From an uncultured delta proteobacterium (GTDB lineage Bacteria > Desulfobacterota > Desulfomonilia > UBA1062), in the NCBI GenBank assembly GCA_963752595.1, contig CAVVYZ010000005.1, positions 160,001 through 224,000 on the forward strand: a stretch of DNA of 64,000 bases, in the 5' to 3' direction. Shown piece after piece: positions 26,901 to 36,752 of the stretch; position 1 is the first letter of the stretch, and each line of letters starts with the position of its first letter. A program made the translations under genes and the position numbers. The notes beneath the pieces were generated by a model that ran no database searches, was not told the origin of the DNA, and saw nothing but the letters and a program-made list of their open reading frames with translations.

Positions 26901-28118
26901 ATGGAAAAATTGACGCAAAGAGAGCATGACTTCAGCGCAAAGCTGCGACAGAGGTCGGTTATCGAAAACTTACGGCAGTACATAACCTGGCAGCGCGAAG
27001 TGAGAAATCAGGGATCTCATAGCTCCCTCCCGCCAAAAGGCCCCGTATCGGTCAATATGGACCTTACCTCGGCGTGTAATTTCCGGTGCCCCCACTGTGT
27101 GGACTCCGGGATCATCAACACAGGCGAGTCCCTCGATCTGGACACCATCAAACAGAGCATCGATACGCTCCAGGAGAAAGGCCTGCTCTCGGTGATCCTC
27201 ATCGGCGGCGGCGAGCCCACGGTTCATAAGGATTTCGAGGAGATCGTCCGGTTCATCCGGGGAAGAAACATCCAGGTGGGAATAGCCACGAACGGCTCCC
27301 GGCTCGAACGCGTCGAGAAAGTAGCCGGGCTGCTCAAGGAGGGTGACTGGCTCCGTCTTTCCCTCGATTCGGCCCGCGAGGAAACATTCAGGAAATCCCA
27401 CCGGCCGGCGGGCAGCATTACGCTCCGGAAGATATTAGAAGATGCCAGCCGGATCAAGGAGTCCAATCCCATGATCTCGCTTGGCTATTCCCATGTCATT
27501 GTCTGGGAGGGCATCCGGTACAACGGCCATGAGCTCACCCCGAATATCGAGGAAGTACCCGAATCGGTGCGCATGGCAAGGGAGTACTCCTTTGATTATG
27601 TCTCCTTCAAGCCATGCCTGCTACGGCTCGAGGGGTCGGGAAAAGAATCCCTGTTCGACCCGCCGGACCCGGAACGTGAAGACAAGATCATCAGCAAGGT
27701 CCGGGAAAAGATTGCAGAGGCGGAACACCTGAGCGGGCAGTCGGTCAATGTGCTCAAGAGCGTCAACCTCCAGGCCATGATGGAGAGAACGCTCCACGAG
27801 CTGAAAAAACAGCCAGTGGTGTGTCATTCGCAATTTTTCAGGACCGTGCTCGCACCTTCGGGGATCTTCCAGTGCCCGGCATTGCGCGGGGTCAGCAACG
27901 GGCGGATCGCCGGAAACGAGGGCTACCGGGGGCAGCAGCGTTTCCTTCAGACGCAACAGAGCCTGGAGAAATCCATCAAGGGGTTCGATGCGGCGCATGA
28001 GTGCAGCGTGGTCGTCTGCTTCTACCATCATGTGAACTGGTGGATCGAACGGTTCATCGAATCGTCCAGGGACGTATCCGAGATCGTCATGGTGGAGGAT
28101 AACAATTTCTTTCTGTAA
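26901..28118 (+). CDS. Radical SAM protein with C-terminal Cys cluster (SPASM/Twitch-like)
   Basis: CNFRCPHC (CxxxCxxC), GGGEP, TNGS, RLSLD; C-terminal C..C..CxxxxC. Confidence 0.9.
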   Translation: MEKLTQREHDFSAKLRQRSVIENLRQYITWQREVRNQGSHSSLPPKGPVSVNMDLTSACNFRCPHCVDSGIINTGESLDLDTIKQSIDTLQEKGLLSVILIGGGEPTVHKDFEEIVRFIRGRNIQVGIATNGSRLERVEKVAGLLKEGDWLRLSLDSAREETFRKSHRPAGSITLRKILEDASRIKESNPMISLGYSHVIVWEGIRYNGHELTPNIEEVPESVRMAREYSFDYVSFKPCLLRLEGSGKESLFDPPDPEREDKIISKVREKIAEAEHLSGQSVNVLKSVNLQAMMERTLHELKKQPVVCHSQFFRTVLAPSGIFQCPALRGVSNGRIAGNEGYRGQQRFLQTQQSLEKSIKGFDAAHECSVVVCFYHHVNWWIERFIESSRDVSEIVMVEDNNFFL

Positions 28119-28133
28119 GGGGATCATTGCACG

Positions 28134-29123
28134 ATGAGGATAGGAGTTATCCACCTCAACCAGATCGGAGACCTGGTGTTTTCCCTGCCCCTGCTCAAGG
28201 GCCTTAAGGATCACTATCCTCATGCTGAAACCCATTCGATCCTGAAACCCCATCTGAAAAGCCTGCTCGACGGATCTGCCTTTGTGGATACGATTATCCC
28301 CAGGAAGGGAGGCATCAAGGAAACGTTTCTGCTCCTGAAAAGCTTGCGGCAGAACCGGTATGACCTCCTCATAAACCTTGCCCGCTCGGAAGAGGCATTC
28401 GTGCTCACCTGCCTCAGCAGTGCCGGGAAAAAGGCAGGATTCGAGCGGTTCCTGTGGGATGCATGCCTCGATGTAAAGGAGATCGTGAAAGGCCACAACA
28501 GCTGGTACAACAACGCAAGGCTCCTGGCAAAGCTCGGCATCAAGCCCTCTGCAGAAACCTATGTAGGCCTGCTGCCGATCCAGCCGGGAGAGTGCAGCGT
28601 GAGCGTGCCCGAGCCTTATGTGGTGATCTCTGCCGGGGCATCTCCCAGGAGGCTCATCAAGGCATGGGATGAGGAAAAGTTTGCGCAGCTGATCGTATCC
28701 CTTCACGAGCGGTATCATCTCCGGCCTGTCCTGGTCGGCGCCGGCGACACCATGGACAGCAATTCCCTGATTATGAAGGAGGTGCATGATCATCCGGGGG
28801 GCAGGGACATCGACGTCCGAAACCTTACGGGCAGCTTAAGCTTACGCTCGCTTGCAGCGCTCCTGACGAAGGCACGGCTGTTCGTGGGAATCGATTCCGG
28901 GGTAATGCATCTGGCGTCAGCCGCAGATATCCCGGTTGTGGCTCTGTTCGGCCCGACCGATCCGGCCTATGTGGGCCCCCAGAACAGAAAGAGCGTCGTT
29001 GTCCGCACCGACATGGACTGCATGCCCTGCTACATGAAAAAGACCTGCACCCATGTGGATTGCATGAGGAAGCTGACGGCAGGACAGGTCATGGATGCAT
29101 GCATCGGGCTCATGGAATCCTAA
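28134..29123 (+). CDS. Glycosyltransferase family 9 (heptosyltransferase-like)
   Basis: IGDLV, K.W..F, FVGIDSG.MHLA.A..PVVALFGPT, C.PC..C..C tail. Confidence 0.9.
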   Translation: MRIGVIHLNQIGDLVFSLPLLKGLKDHYPHAETHSILKPHLKSLLDGSAFVDTIIPRKGGIKETFLLLKSLRQNRYDLLINLARSEEAFVLTCLSSAGKKAGFERFLWDACLDVKEIVKGHNSWYNNARLLAKLGIKPSAETYVGLLPIQPGECSVSVPEPYVVISAGASPRRLIKAWDEEKFAQLIVSLHERYHLRPVLVGAGDTMDSNSLIMKEVHDHPGGRDIDVRNLTGSLSLRSLAALLTKARLFVGIDSGVMHLASAADIPVVALFGPTDPAYVGPQNRKSVVVRTDMDCMPCYMKKTCTHVDCMRKLTAGQVMDACIGLMES

Positions 29124-29220
29124 GGGGCTATGTTACATACAGATTTTTTAAGGATACGAAAGATCCTTCGTCCACAGAAAAGACACCCAGACTCATCGAT
29201 AGGAGAAAAAGAGATCCATT

Positions 29221-30678
29221 ATGGGAAATAAGGCATTACGAATCATGATTGAGAATATCTCGTCCAAGTATCCCGACCACAGGTGGGAACTCGTCAGCGA
29301 GAGGTCTATCAGATGCATTTACCGGCTCTTACGAAAGGATTCGGTAGAGTACTACGTAAAAATCTACAACCCGAATACATGGCTGGAAAAGATCAGAAAT
29401 TTCCTGAGCCCGAGGACGCTTCACGAAGCTGTCCTGCTCAAGCAGCTTCAGTACTCAGGCATTCCTGTGCCCGAGGTACAAGAGCATATCCGCTTGAACC
29501 AGGGGAGCGCACTCATCACGCGGGCGATCTTCCCTGCGAAGGGGCTTCATGAGGTCGAAAGAGACACCCAGATCAGGATCATGCTCGGGATGTGCATAGA
29601 CCTCATCAACCACGGCTATCACTTTACCGATATGCACGCAGGGAACATCATCCTCGATGAAAAGGATAAGCCTTTCCTCGTCGATGCCTATGAGATCATC
29701 CCCTGCAGGAGGATCACCCCGAAAAATGCCGCTTCCCTCATTGCCCAGGCGGCGAACATCTACGACCTCTCGGGCAAGGATCTCGACCCCTACTTAAGGC
29801 GGATCGATGCGATTACGGACCAGGGCAAGCTTAAACGCAAGATCCGCTCTCTGGCCCAGTCATTCCGGAATGCACAGGTGAAAAGGAGAATCAGGAGAAG
29901 CTTCCGTGAAGGAAGTTTCTCCTGCACCTGTGATAACGGGTCGTACCAGGCACTGTTGCGCCGCGGGTTCCCGCTCGATCTCGACAGCATCATCAATGAG
30001 CACTTCGCAAACGTCTCAACGCAAACCAACATCTACAAGTTCCAGGGCAAGACCCAGCTGAGCAGGGTTGGAGATTACTGCATCAAATCGTATAAAAAGC
30101 CGGCTCCTTTCACCATGCCCTATGCAAAGCGCTCATGGAGGGGGGCGTTGACGCTCCTGTTCAACGGCATTCCCGTTGCCGACCCTGTGGCGCTGGTGCT
30201 TTTCCGCGACAAGAAGAGCATGCTCATCACCAAAGCCCTCGACCAGCCTGACCTCGATAAGTTTATCGAGTGCGAATACGACCGCATGTCCTTAGACGAC
30301 AAGCACCGCATCGCGAAATCTTTGGGATCGCTCATAGGAGACCTCCATAAAAAGAAAATCTACCATGCGGACCTCAAGGCTTCCAATATCAAGGCCGACC
30401 TGTCAGGGTCGAAATTTTTTCTCCTGGACACGGACCGCGTGGAGCAGAAACGCATCCTCTCTCTCCGCAAAAGGCTGAAAAACCTCGTGCAGATCAATAC
30501 GAGCATCCCTTTACGGGTGAGCCGTCAGGTAAGGAGGCTCTTCATCGAGGCGTACTGTGCGGTCACCGGTGACGACCCGAAGGACATGTTCAGGAGGGTG
30601 TGGAAACTCTCTTCCGGGCAGGAGGTCGTTTATCGCACCGCCACTGGGGACCGCATCGAAAGATGGCGGAAGCCTTAA
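29221..30678 (+). CDS. Lipopolysaccharide kinase (Kdo/WaaP/InaA-like) with two tandem kinase domains
   Basis: Domain 1 YYVKIY..E..GIPVP..HFTDMHAGNI..FLVD; domain 2 CIKSYK..GIPVADP..YHADLKASNI..FLLDTD..KNLVQIN. Confidence 0.8.
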   Translation: MGNKALRIMIENISSKYPDHRWELVSERSIRCIYRLLRKDSVEYYVKIYNPNTWLEKIRNFLSPRTLHEAVLLKQLQYSGIPVPEVQEHIRLNQGSALITRAIFPAKGLHEVERDTQIRIMLGMCIDLINHGYHFTDMHAGNIILDEKDKPFLVDAYEIIPCRRITPKNAASLIAQAANIYDLSGKDLDPYLRRIDAITDQGKLKRKIRSLAQSFRNAQVKRRIRRSFREGSFSCTCDNGSYQALLRRGFPLDLDSIINEHFANVSTQTNIYKFQGKTQLSRVGDYCIKSYKKPAPFTMPYAKRSWRGALTLLFNGIPVADPVALVLFRDKKSMLITKALDQPDLDKFIECEYDRMSLDDKHRIAKSLGSLIGDLHKKKIYHADLKASNIKADLSGSKFFLLDTDRVEQKRILSLRKRLKNLVQINTSIPLRVSRQVRRLFIEAYCAVTGDDPKDMFRRVWKLSSGQEVVYRTATGDRIERWRKP

Positions 30679-30685
30679 CAGGAAT

Positions 30686-31669
30686 CTAGGACGAATTTCT
30701 GACTGTCCCTTCCAGGATGGGCTTGAACTCCTCCATTATATCCTCCGGCCGGATCGAGGTCAGGCATACCGGATTGTTGCAGCTCCGCTTGTTGCAGGGA
30801 ATGCAGGAGAAATTTTTTCGAATCACCCGTCCACGGTACGGGCCGGTTCTCCGGGGATCTGCGGGGCCGAACAGGGCAATGACATCCTTTCCCAGGGCAA
30901 CCGCGAGGTGCATGGGCCCGGTGTCGCAGCTCACGACAACACCGGCACCGGAGAGGACCGTGACCAGTTCCATGATCGTAGTCTTCCCTACGAGGTCGAT
31001 AACCTGCGATGTTGCCTCTTTCATGACGGCATCAGCCATCTCGTGGTCGCCGCTTCCTCCGGTGAGCACGCACGGGATGCGGTAGCGGTCCGTGACAAGG
31101 CTCGCAAGGGAGGAAAAGCCTTCGGCTGTCCACCTGTTGGCGGACTTCGTGGCGCCGATATTGAGAACGACATAGGTCTCGGGCAGGAGGACAGGTGGCG
31201 CATCTCCCTCAGGGATGGCCCATTCCGGCTGTATCCTGGGAACTCCGAGATAATCGGCGAATTCAAGATACTGGTTGACCATATGGCTCGTGGGGTCGTA
31301 CGGGGTGATGCGCTCATAAGGCATGATCCAGGTCATCTCTTTGCACCGCGCCCTGTCGAACCCGATGCGCCTGCCCGAGGAGGAAGCCATGCACAGCAGT
31401 GCGGATTTTGCAATCCGCTGGAGGTCGAGCGCCACATCGAAACGCCTGCTTCTTACCTCACGAAGGACCTCGGGCAGTGATTTCTTCCATCTCGACCTGT
31501 CGAAGAGGATTACATGATCCACAAAGGGGTGCCTGGAGAGGATAGGGAAACTCAAAGGCTCGGTTACCCAGTGGATGCGGGCGCCGAGGTGCTGCTTCAG
31601 CCTGATCGCGAGCGGCAGCGTATTCACCACATCGCCCAGCGCGCCTAGTTTGATGATCAGGATATCCAT
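30686..31669 (-). CDS. Glycosyltransferase family 9 (heptosyltransferase-like)
   Basis: IKLGALGDV, FDVALDLQ..KS, RW..F, CDTGPMHLA.A..ALFGP. Confidence 0.92.
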   Translation of the reverse strand: MDILIIKLGALGDVVNTLPLAIRLKQHLGARIHWVTEPLSFPILSRHPFVDHVILFDRSRWKKSLPEVLREVRSRRFDVALDLQRIAKSALLCMASSSGRRIGFDRARCKEMTWIMPYERITPYDPTSHMVNQYLEFADYLGVPRIQPEWAIPEGDAPPVLLPETYVVLNIGATKSANRWTAEGFSSLASLVTDRYRIPCVLTGGSGDHEMADAVMKEATSQVIDLVGKTTIMELVTVLSGAGVVVSCDTGPMHLAVALGKDVIALFGPADPRRTGPYRGRVIRKNFSCIPCNKRSCNNPVCLTSIRPEDIMEEFKPILEGTVRNSS

Positions 31670-31797
31670 TTTATCTCTGTTATTTCATAATTCATTTTTT
31701 CGCAAGTCCGGGGCATTATCCCAATGATTTACATAAAGGAAAACCTGAGGTATGTACGAGTCCGGACAGATCATCTTCGGATAAAAGGGTTTTTTCT

Positions 31798-33471
31798 ATG
31801 GTGAGCATAATCATCGTCACCCTCGGGGACAGCGAGATGCTTCGCGGGTGCATTTCTTCAGTGAAGGAGCACGTCCGCGTGCCCCATGAGATCATCCTGG
31901 TGAACAATTCCCCTGCCCTGCTTCCTTATTCCGGAGACGATACGATCCGGTGCTTTGAGAACGGGCATAACATGGGATTTGCCCGTGCCGTGAACAAAGG
32001 TATCAGGGCTGCACGGGAGGAAATGATCCTCCTGCTCAATCCCGATGCATACTTTACCTCGGATATCATATCCGAGATGGTATCTTTCCTGAACTCCCAT
32101 GAGCGGGCCGGTATCGCAGGCCCCCAGCTCGTTTTCCCGGACGGTTCTCCTCAGAATTCCATCGACATCATCCCCAACCTCGCAACAGAGTTCCTCAACA
32201 AGTCGCTCCTGAAAATCCTCTTCCCCAAGGTCTACCCGAGCAAGCGCTCCGGGTTCACGGAGCCCGTGCAGGTTCCTTCGATCATCGGCGCGTGCATGTT
32301 GATCAAGAAGAGGGTGATCGATGTGATCGGCCCTCTGGACGAGGGGTATTTCCTCTACCTCGAAGAAACAGACTTCTGCAAAAGGACAAGAGATGCCGGC
32401 TTCGAGATCTGGCACCTCCCTCACCTGAAGATCGTCCATTACCAGGGGGAATCAGCCCGGCAGTCCGACACCAGGAGAAAGATCGAATACCGGAGGTCCA
32501 TGTACCGGTTCTTCCTCAAGAACAAAGGGCCTTTGCAGGAGATGGCGCTCTCCCTCATCAGCCTTATCAAGCTCATCATCGAGACCTCAGGGTACATCCC
32601 TTCTTCGGTAAGCAGGACAGGCAGGCATCGCCTGAAAAGGACTTTCTCGCTCCTGCTCTGGCATCTCACGGGAATGTCGCCCGGCTGGGGGCTCGAAAAG
32701 ATCCTTCCCCCCTACCGGAAGATCAAAAGGAACGGGTACACCTGGTTCATCCCACAAAACGGCACTATCCCCGACCAGGCAGACGACCCCGAGCGCTTCA
32801 TGGAATCTTTCGGCGATACGGTGCTGAACCGGTCGAGGACGACCTTTGTCAAATCAGGGGCCTTGGATGGCAAGCCTCTCTTCCTCAAACGATATAACTA
32901 CAAAGGCCTCAAAGACACAGCCAAGAACCTTTTCCGGAAGAGCAGGGCCCAAAAGGCCTTCGAGGGAGCACTCATGCTCCGGCAGTGCGGGATACCTACC
33001 CCGCCGGTTGTTTTCGCCTGCGAGAGAAGGGTGTTCGGGGTTCTTCTGAAGTCCTACATCGCCACATGGGGTGTGGATGCCCGGGATCTTGTCAAGCATG
33101 TAAGCACCCATGGATACGACGAACAGCTGCTCGTTTCGGTAAGTTCTTTCATCCGCAGGCTCCATGAGATGGGTTTCATCCCCGTAGACCTCAAAGGAGA
33201 AAATCTGCTGAAAAGTCGTGAAAGCTTCTATCTCATAGACCTCGACAGGCTCAAGCACACCTCTTCGCCCGGCCTGAATGCCATCGCCAGGAATTTAAGC
33301 TACCTCAATGCATCCTTCTGCAGGAGCATCCCCCACGAAATGAGGCAGCTCTTCCTGGATGAATACCTTAAGGGAAATCCCCGGCTCATGGGAAGGAAGC
33401 AAGAACTGGAGCTGCGGATCAAAGAGCTTACCGGAAAGCGCCTCAAAAAGCGGTATCCGGGAAACGGATAG
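31798..33471 (+). CDS. GT2 glycosyltransferase fused to a C-terminal LPS-kinase-like domain
   Basis: SIIIV..N.GFARAVN..LLNPD..GACML..DE.YFLY.EETD..R; C-terminal FLKRY..GIPTP..LHEMG..DLKGENLL..LIDLD. Confidence 0.85.
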   Translation: MVSIIIVTLGDSEMLRGCISSVKEHVRVPHEIILVNNSPALLPYSGDDTIRCFENGHNMGFARAVNKGIRAAREEMILLLNPDAYFTSDIISEMVSFLNSHERAGIAGPQLVFPDGSPQNSIDIIPNLATEFLNKSLLKILFPKVYPSKRSGFTEPVQVPSIIGACMLIKKRVIDVIGPLDEGYFLYLEETDFCKRTRDAGFEIWHLPHLKIVHYQGESARQSDTRRKIEYRRSMYRFFLKNKGPLQEMALSLISLIKLIIETSGYIPSSVSRTGRHRLKRTFSLLLWHLTGMSPGWGLEKILPPYRKIKRNGYTWFIPQNGTIPDQADDPERFMESFGDTVLNRSRTTFVKSGALDGKPLFLKRYNYKGLKDTAKNLFRKSRAQKAFEGALMLRQCGIPTPPVVFACERRVFGVLLKSYIATWGVDARDLVKHVSTHGYDEQLLVSVSSFIRRLHEMGFIPVDLKGENLLKSRESFYLIDLDRLKHTSSPGLNAIARNLSYLNASFCRSIPHEMRQLFLDEYLKGNPRLMGRKQELELRIKELTGKRLKKRYPGNG

Positions 33472-33484
33472 TAATCATCAAACT

Positions 33485-33802
33485 TTATTTACAGACGGGC
33501 TGAGATCCCGGTTTCAGATCTGCCAGGTATTCGACCACTGCAGGGATGTCTTCCGATGCCACAGAGGCTCCTTTGTCTACCATCCTGGTAACGGTCTTAT
33601 TCCATGCATCCCTGTCCTTCTTTCCAAGTCCGTCACATATTCTCGGGGTTTCATGACAGGCTGTGCATGCAGTCATTACAAGGTTTGCAGGATCCCCCGC
33701 CTGCTGAGACCTGGCTTGCGATTTTTCACAAGACACCGCTGCGGCAAGCAAAACAAAAAAAGCAACCGTAAGCCCGAGCATTACCCGAACACTGTTTTTC
33801 AT
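33485..33802 (-). CDS. Small monoheme c-type cytochrome, probable lipoprotein
   Basis: Signal peptide with lipobox-like AVSC, CTACH heme motif, W..TV.RM..GA with candidate Met ligand. Confidence 0.8.
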   Translation of the reverse strand: MKNSVRVMLGLTVAFFVLLAAAVSCEKSQARSQQAGDPANLVMTACTACHETPRICDGLGKKDRDAWNKTVTRMVDKGASVASEDIPAVVEYLADLKPGSQPVCK

Positions 33803-33847
33803 AAGACCCCCTTTTAACCTCGGAACACAATATTTTCATAATATGAG

Positions 33848-35264
33848 GAGCCGATTGCAAAACTCACAATGAGGGATAATATTGCGAATCAGCATATAAG
33901 TAATGAAATAGTGAAGAGAAAGCTCTATTCTTTTTGTGCTGAGCAAAAAGAAAGGAGAAGCGATGAGCAATCTCTTCGAGATATAGAATACCACACAGGC
34001 GAGACTTTTTCCACGGTTGGAAGAGAGACTCGATCCGTTGAGTGATAAGGAGCAGCAATTTGTGAGAGTTGTCTGTCTGATGGACCTGCCGAAGCACATG
34101 CAGGGGTATCGCTGGATCGGGATAGGGAGGAAGCGAGAGGACAGGGTCTCAATCGCCAAGGCGTTTGTGGCGAAGGCGGTATACAGTTTTGAGACGACGA
34201 AGGTGCTCATAGAGTGTGTGAGGGGGTGCAAGAATCCGAGGCGGTTATGCGGATGGGAGGCGAGAGGAGATATTCCCTCTGAGTCGACCTTTTGCCGGGC
34301 GTTTGGGGAGTACTCCCATGGATGCCTGCCACAGAAGATCCACGAGGCCATGGTGGAGGAGCATTGTGGGGACAAGCTTGTGGGTCATGTGAGCCGGGAT
34401 GCGACGGCCATAGAGGCACGAGAGACGAGAGAAGACGATAAAGAAAGAAGCGGGTGAAACTGCGTCGGTGCCGAAGAGGAAACGGGGTCGCCCCAGGCAG
34501 GGAGAAGAAGTTGTTCCCAAGCCTCCGAAGAGGCTGGATCTTCAGGTTGGCCGGAGCCTGGAGGAGAATCTAAAGGATCTGCCGTATCACTGTGCTGTAG
34601 GGACCAAGGTAGACAGCAAGGGATACAAGATGACCCGGAGGGGATACAAGCTGCATATCGACTGTATTGATGGGGATATTCCGGTGAGTGCAATATTAAC
34701 CTCTGCGTCATTGCATGATTCCCAGGCAGCGATACCGCTTATGCAGATGACGTCGAAGCGGGTGGTGAGTCTGTATGATCTTATGGATTCCGCCTATGAT
34801 GCGCCGCAGATCAAGGAATTCAGTGAGGCACTCTCGCATGTTCCGATCATTGATCCCAACCAGAGGCGAGGAGAGAAGATCCCGCTTGATCCGGCCAGGA
34901 AAGCTCGTTTTGCGCAAAGGAGCAGTAGTGAGAGAGTAAACTCGTATCTGAAAGACAACCACGGAGGAAATCATATCCGGGTAAGGGGGGCATCCAAGAT
35001 CATGGCACATCTCATGTTCGGGCTCATTGTCATAACCGCGAATCAGCTTTTTCAGATGCTTTGTTGAAAGGTGTACATGCAAACTAGGACATATTCTCGG
35101 TACTTCCCGTGCAGTATGGCGGACAGCTACGCCCGAAAATCCGCATTTGGGCAATTTTTAGAATGGTAACATCAGGTAAACAGCTCTCATGACCTTGAAC
35201 ATAGAAAGTAACAGCGGCTTTGGGCTTCAAAATCTAAACCGGCTGAGAGTTTTGCAATCGGCTC
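33848..35264 (+). mobile_element. IS5/IS1182-like insertion sequence (about 1.42 kb)
   Basis: Perfect 18-bp terminal inverted repeats GAGCCGATTGCAAAACTC (33848-33865) and GAGTTTTGCAATCGGCTC (35247-35264); TATGA on both flanks (33842-33846, 35265-35269) as a likely target duplication; internal DDE transposase. Confidence 0.92.
33963..35067 (+). pseudogene. Transposase pseudogene (DDE)
   Basis: ATG 33963, in-frame TAG at 33984, 7-bp duplication frameshift at 34418-34431; motifs PSESTF.R, SRDATAI, KRKRGRP, GYKLH, MDSAYD, ERVNS. Confidence 0.88.
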
Positions 35265-35303
35265 TATGAAGCTTCTTTTATACGACAAGATATTCAAACC
35301 TCA

Positions 35304-35681
35304 TTAATAGGTAACCGTATCAGTATCCGTATGGAATGAGCGTATCGTGACGGAGACCTTGTTGGGGATGCAGAGAATGCTTTCCGCCGAACGGCTGATC
35401 CTGCCCATGTGGATGCAGACCTTGTTCATGCAGGGAGATGACTCCATGAAAACCTTTCCTGAGCGTATCTCCACGATGCTCATGCCCAGGGGGCCGGGCA
35501 CCTGGACTTCTGCATCTTCGGCAAGAGGGATCTCCCTGAATAGCCCTTGGCCGGAATAAATCCGCACCAGTGACGCTTCCCGGGAACCGGACAAATCATG
35601 GACCCACCATAATACGGCAATCACGAGAATAGAGGCTATCAGGATCAGATCCGGCCATGTCATCCCCATAGCTTTTTTCAT
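35304..35681 (-). CDS. NusG domain II-containing protein
   Basis: D..LI TM, GPLG..VEI..G.V....SPC.NKVC...G.I....I.C.PN.V. Confidence 0.85.
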   Translation of the reverse strand: MKKAMGMTWPDLILIASILVIAVLWWVHDLSGSREASLVRIYSGQGLFREIPLAEDAEVQVPGPLGMSIVEIRSGKVFMESSPCMNKVCIHMGRISRSAESILCIPNKVSVTIRSFHTDTDTVTY

Positions 35682-35810
35682 GGCATGCTTATATCCTTTT
35701 CTCCTTGCATTTCAAATACCCTTCCGAAGAAGCATAACCCAGCACGTTATTAAATACATCGGGTGAATATTGACCGGGACCCGGGTATGTGCATATAGTC
35801 CCTTTCTCAT

Positions 35811-36752
35811 ATGGACAAAGACATACTCCTCACACTGGGTTTCAAGGTGACCGAAATAACCGGGACGATATTCATAGTCCACGGCAACAATCGCGGCCGC
35901 TCTCCCTTCTCCAATGCCGTCCTTGTCCTCGACAGACACAGCGCGCTCATGGATGCGGGCTGCGGCCTTGATATATTGAGGCGTCTGAGCGATGCGCTCC
36001 GGATCGATCTCGTGGTCCTCTCCCACTCGCACCCTGATCATACCGGAGGTACCTGGCTCCTTAAGGATGCCGCAAAGTCCGATATCATCGTTCCCACCCA
36101 GGGGGCTGAGAGCATCGGCGTTGCCGATAAACTCGCAAGGAGGTTTGTAAGTGAAGACCTTGCCCAGCTTTGGGAAGACACCTATCTTCCGGTAACGGGG
36201 TTCAGAGACTTCACCTACACCTCGGAATACGACGGATCATCGGAGTTTTCGACCGGCGAAAACCGTTTCGTGGCCATGCATACCCCCGGCCACCTTCAGG
36301 ATCACTATTGCCTGTGGGAGCCTGATAGAAAGATCCTCATAGGCTTTGATATCGACATGAGCCCGTTCGGACCCTGGTACGGAAATCCCGAATCCGATAT
36401 CAGGAGCTTCAAAGAGTCGGTCGAGAAGGTCAAGGATCTGCCTGCCGAGATCTATATCTCCTCCCACGCAAGGCCCATGAAATCCCCCCATCTCATAAAA
36501 CGTCTGGCTTCCTATGAGTCCGTCTTTGCCGAAAGAGACCGCTTGATCCTTGCCGCCATGCCGCCACAAGGATGGATCGGCATCGAAGAGATCGTCGGGC
36601 GGTCGCTCATCTACCAGATAGACTACACGCTCCATCCCGACCGCATCCTGAAGTTCGGCGAAACCCAGATGGTGAGGAAGCACCTCCTGCACCTCGCTGC
36701 TTCCGGTTTGGTTGCAGCCGATGAACAGGACAGGTATCGGAAACTCCCATAA
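35811..36752 (+). CDS. MBL-fold metallo-hydrolase
   Basis: DAG, SHSHPDH, HTPGH, D and SSH metal-binding motifs. Confidence 0.88.
   Translation: MDKDILLTLGFKVTEITGTIFIVHGNNRGRSPFSNAVLVLDRHSALMDAGCGLDILRRLSDALRIDLVVLSHSHPDHTGGTWLLKDAAKSDIIVPTQGAESIGVADKLARRFVSEDLAQLWEDTYLPVTGFRDFTYTSEYDGSSEFSTGENRFVAMHTPGHLQDHYCLWEPDRKILIGFDIDMSPFGPWYGNPESDIRSFKESVEKVKDLPAEIYISSHARPMKSPHLIKRLASYESVFAERDRLILAAMPPQGWIGIEEIVGRSLIYQIDYTLHPDRILKFGETQMVRKHLLHLAASGLVAADEQDRYRKLP

Noticed and set aside
27621-28793. 390-aa - strand ORF, and similar long antisense ORFs such as 53298..54221, 30557..31480 and 37255..38118
   Set aside because: They overlap well-supported genes on the opposite strand; expected from codon bias in GC-rich DNA.
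33984-33986. In-frame TAG as pyrrolysine or recoding
   Set aside because: It lies in a transposase that also has a frameshift; TAG is used as a normal stop elsewhere in the window; a simple TGG-to-TAG change is more likely.
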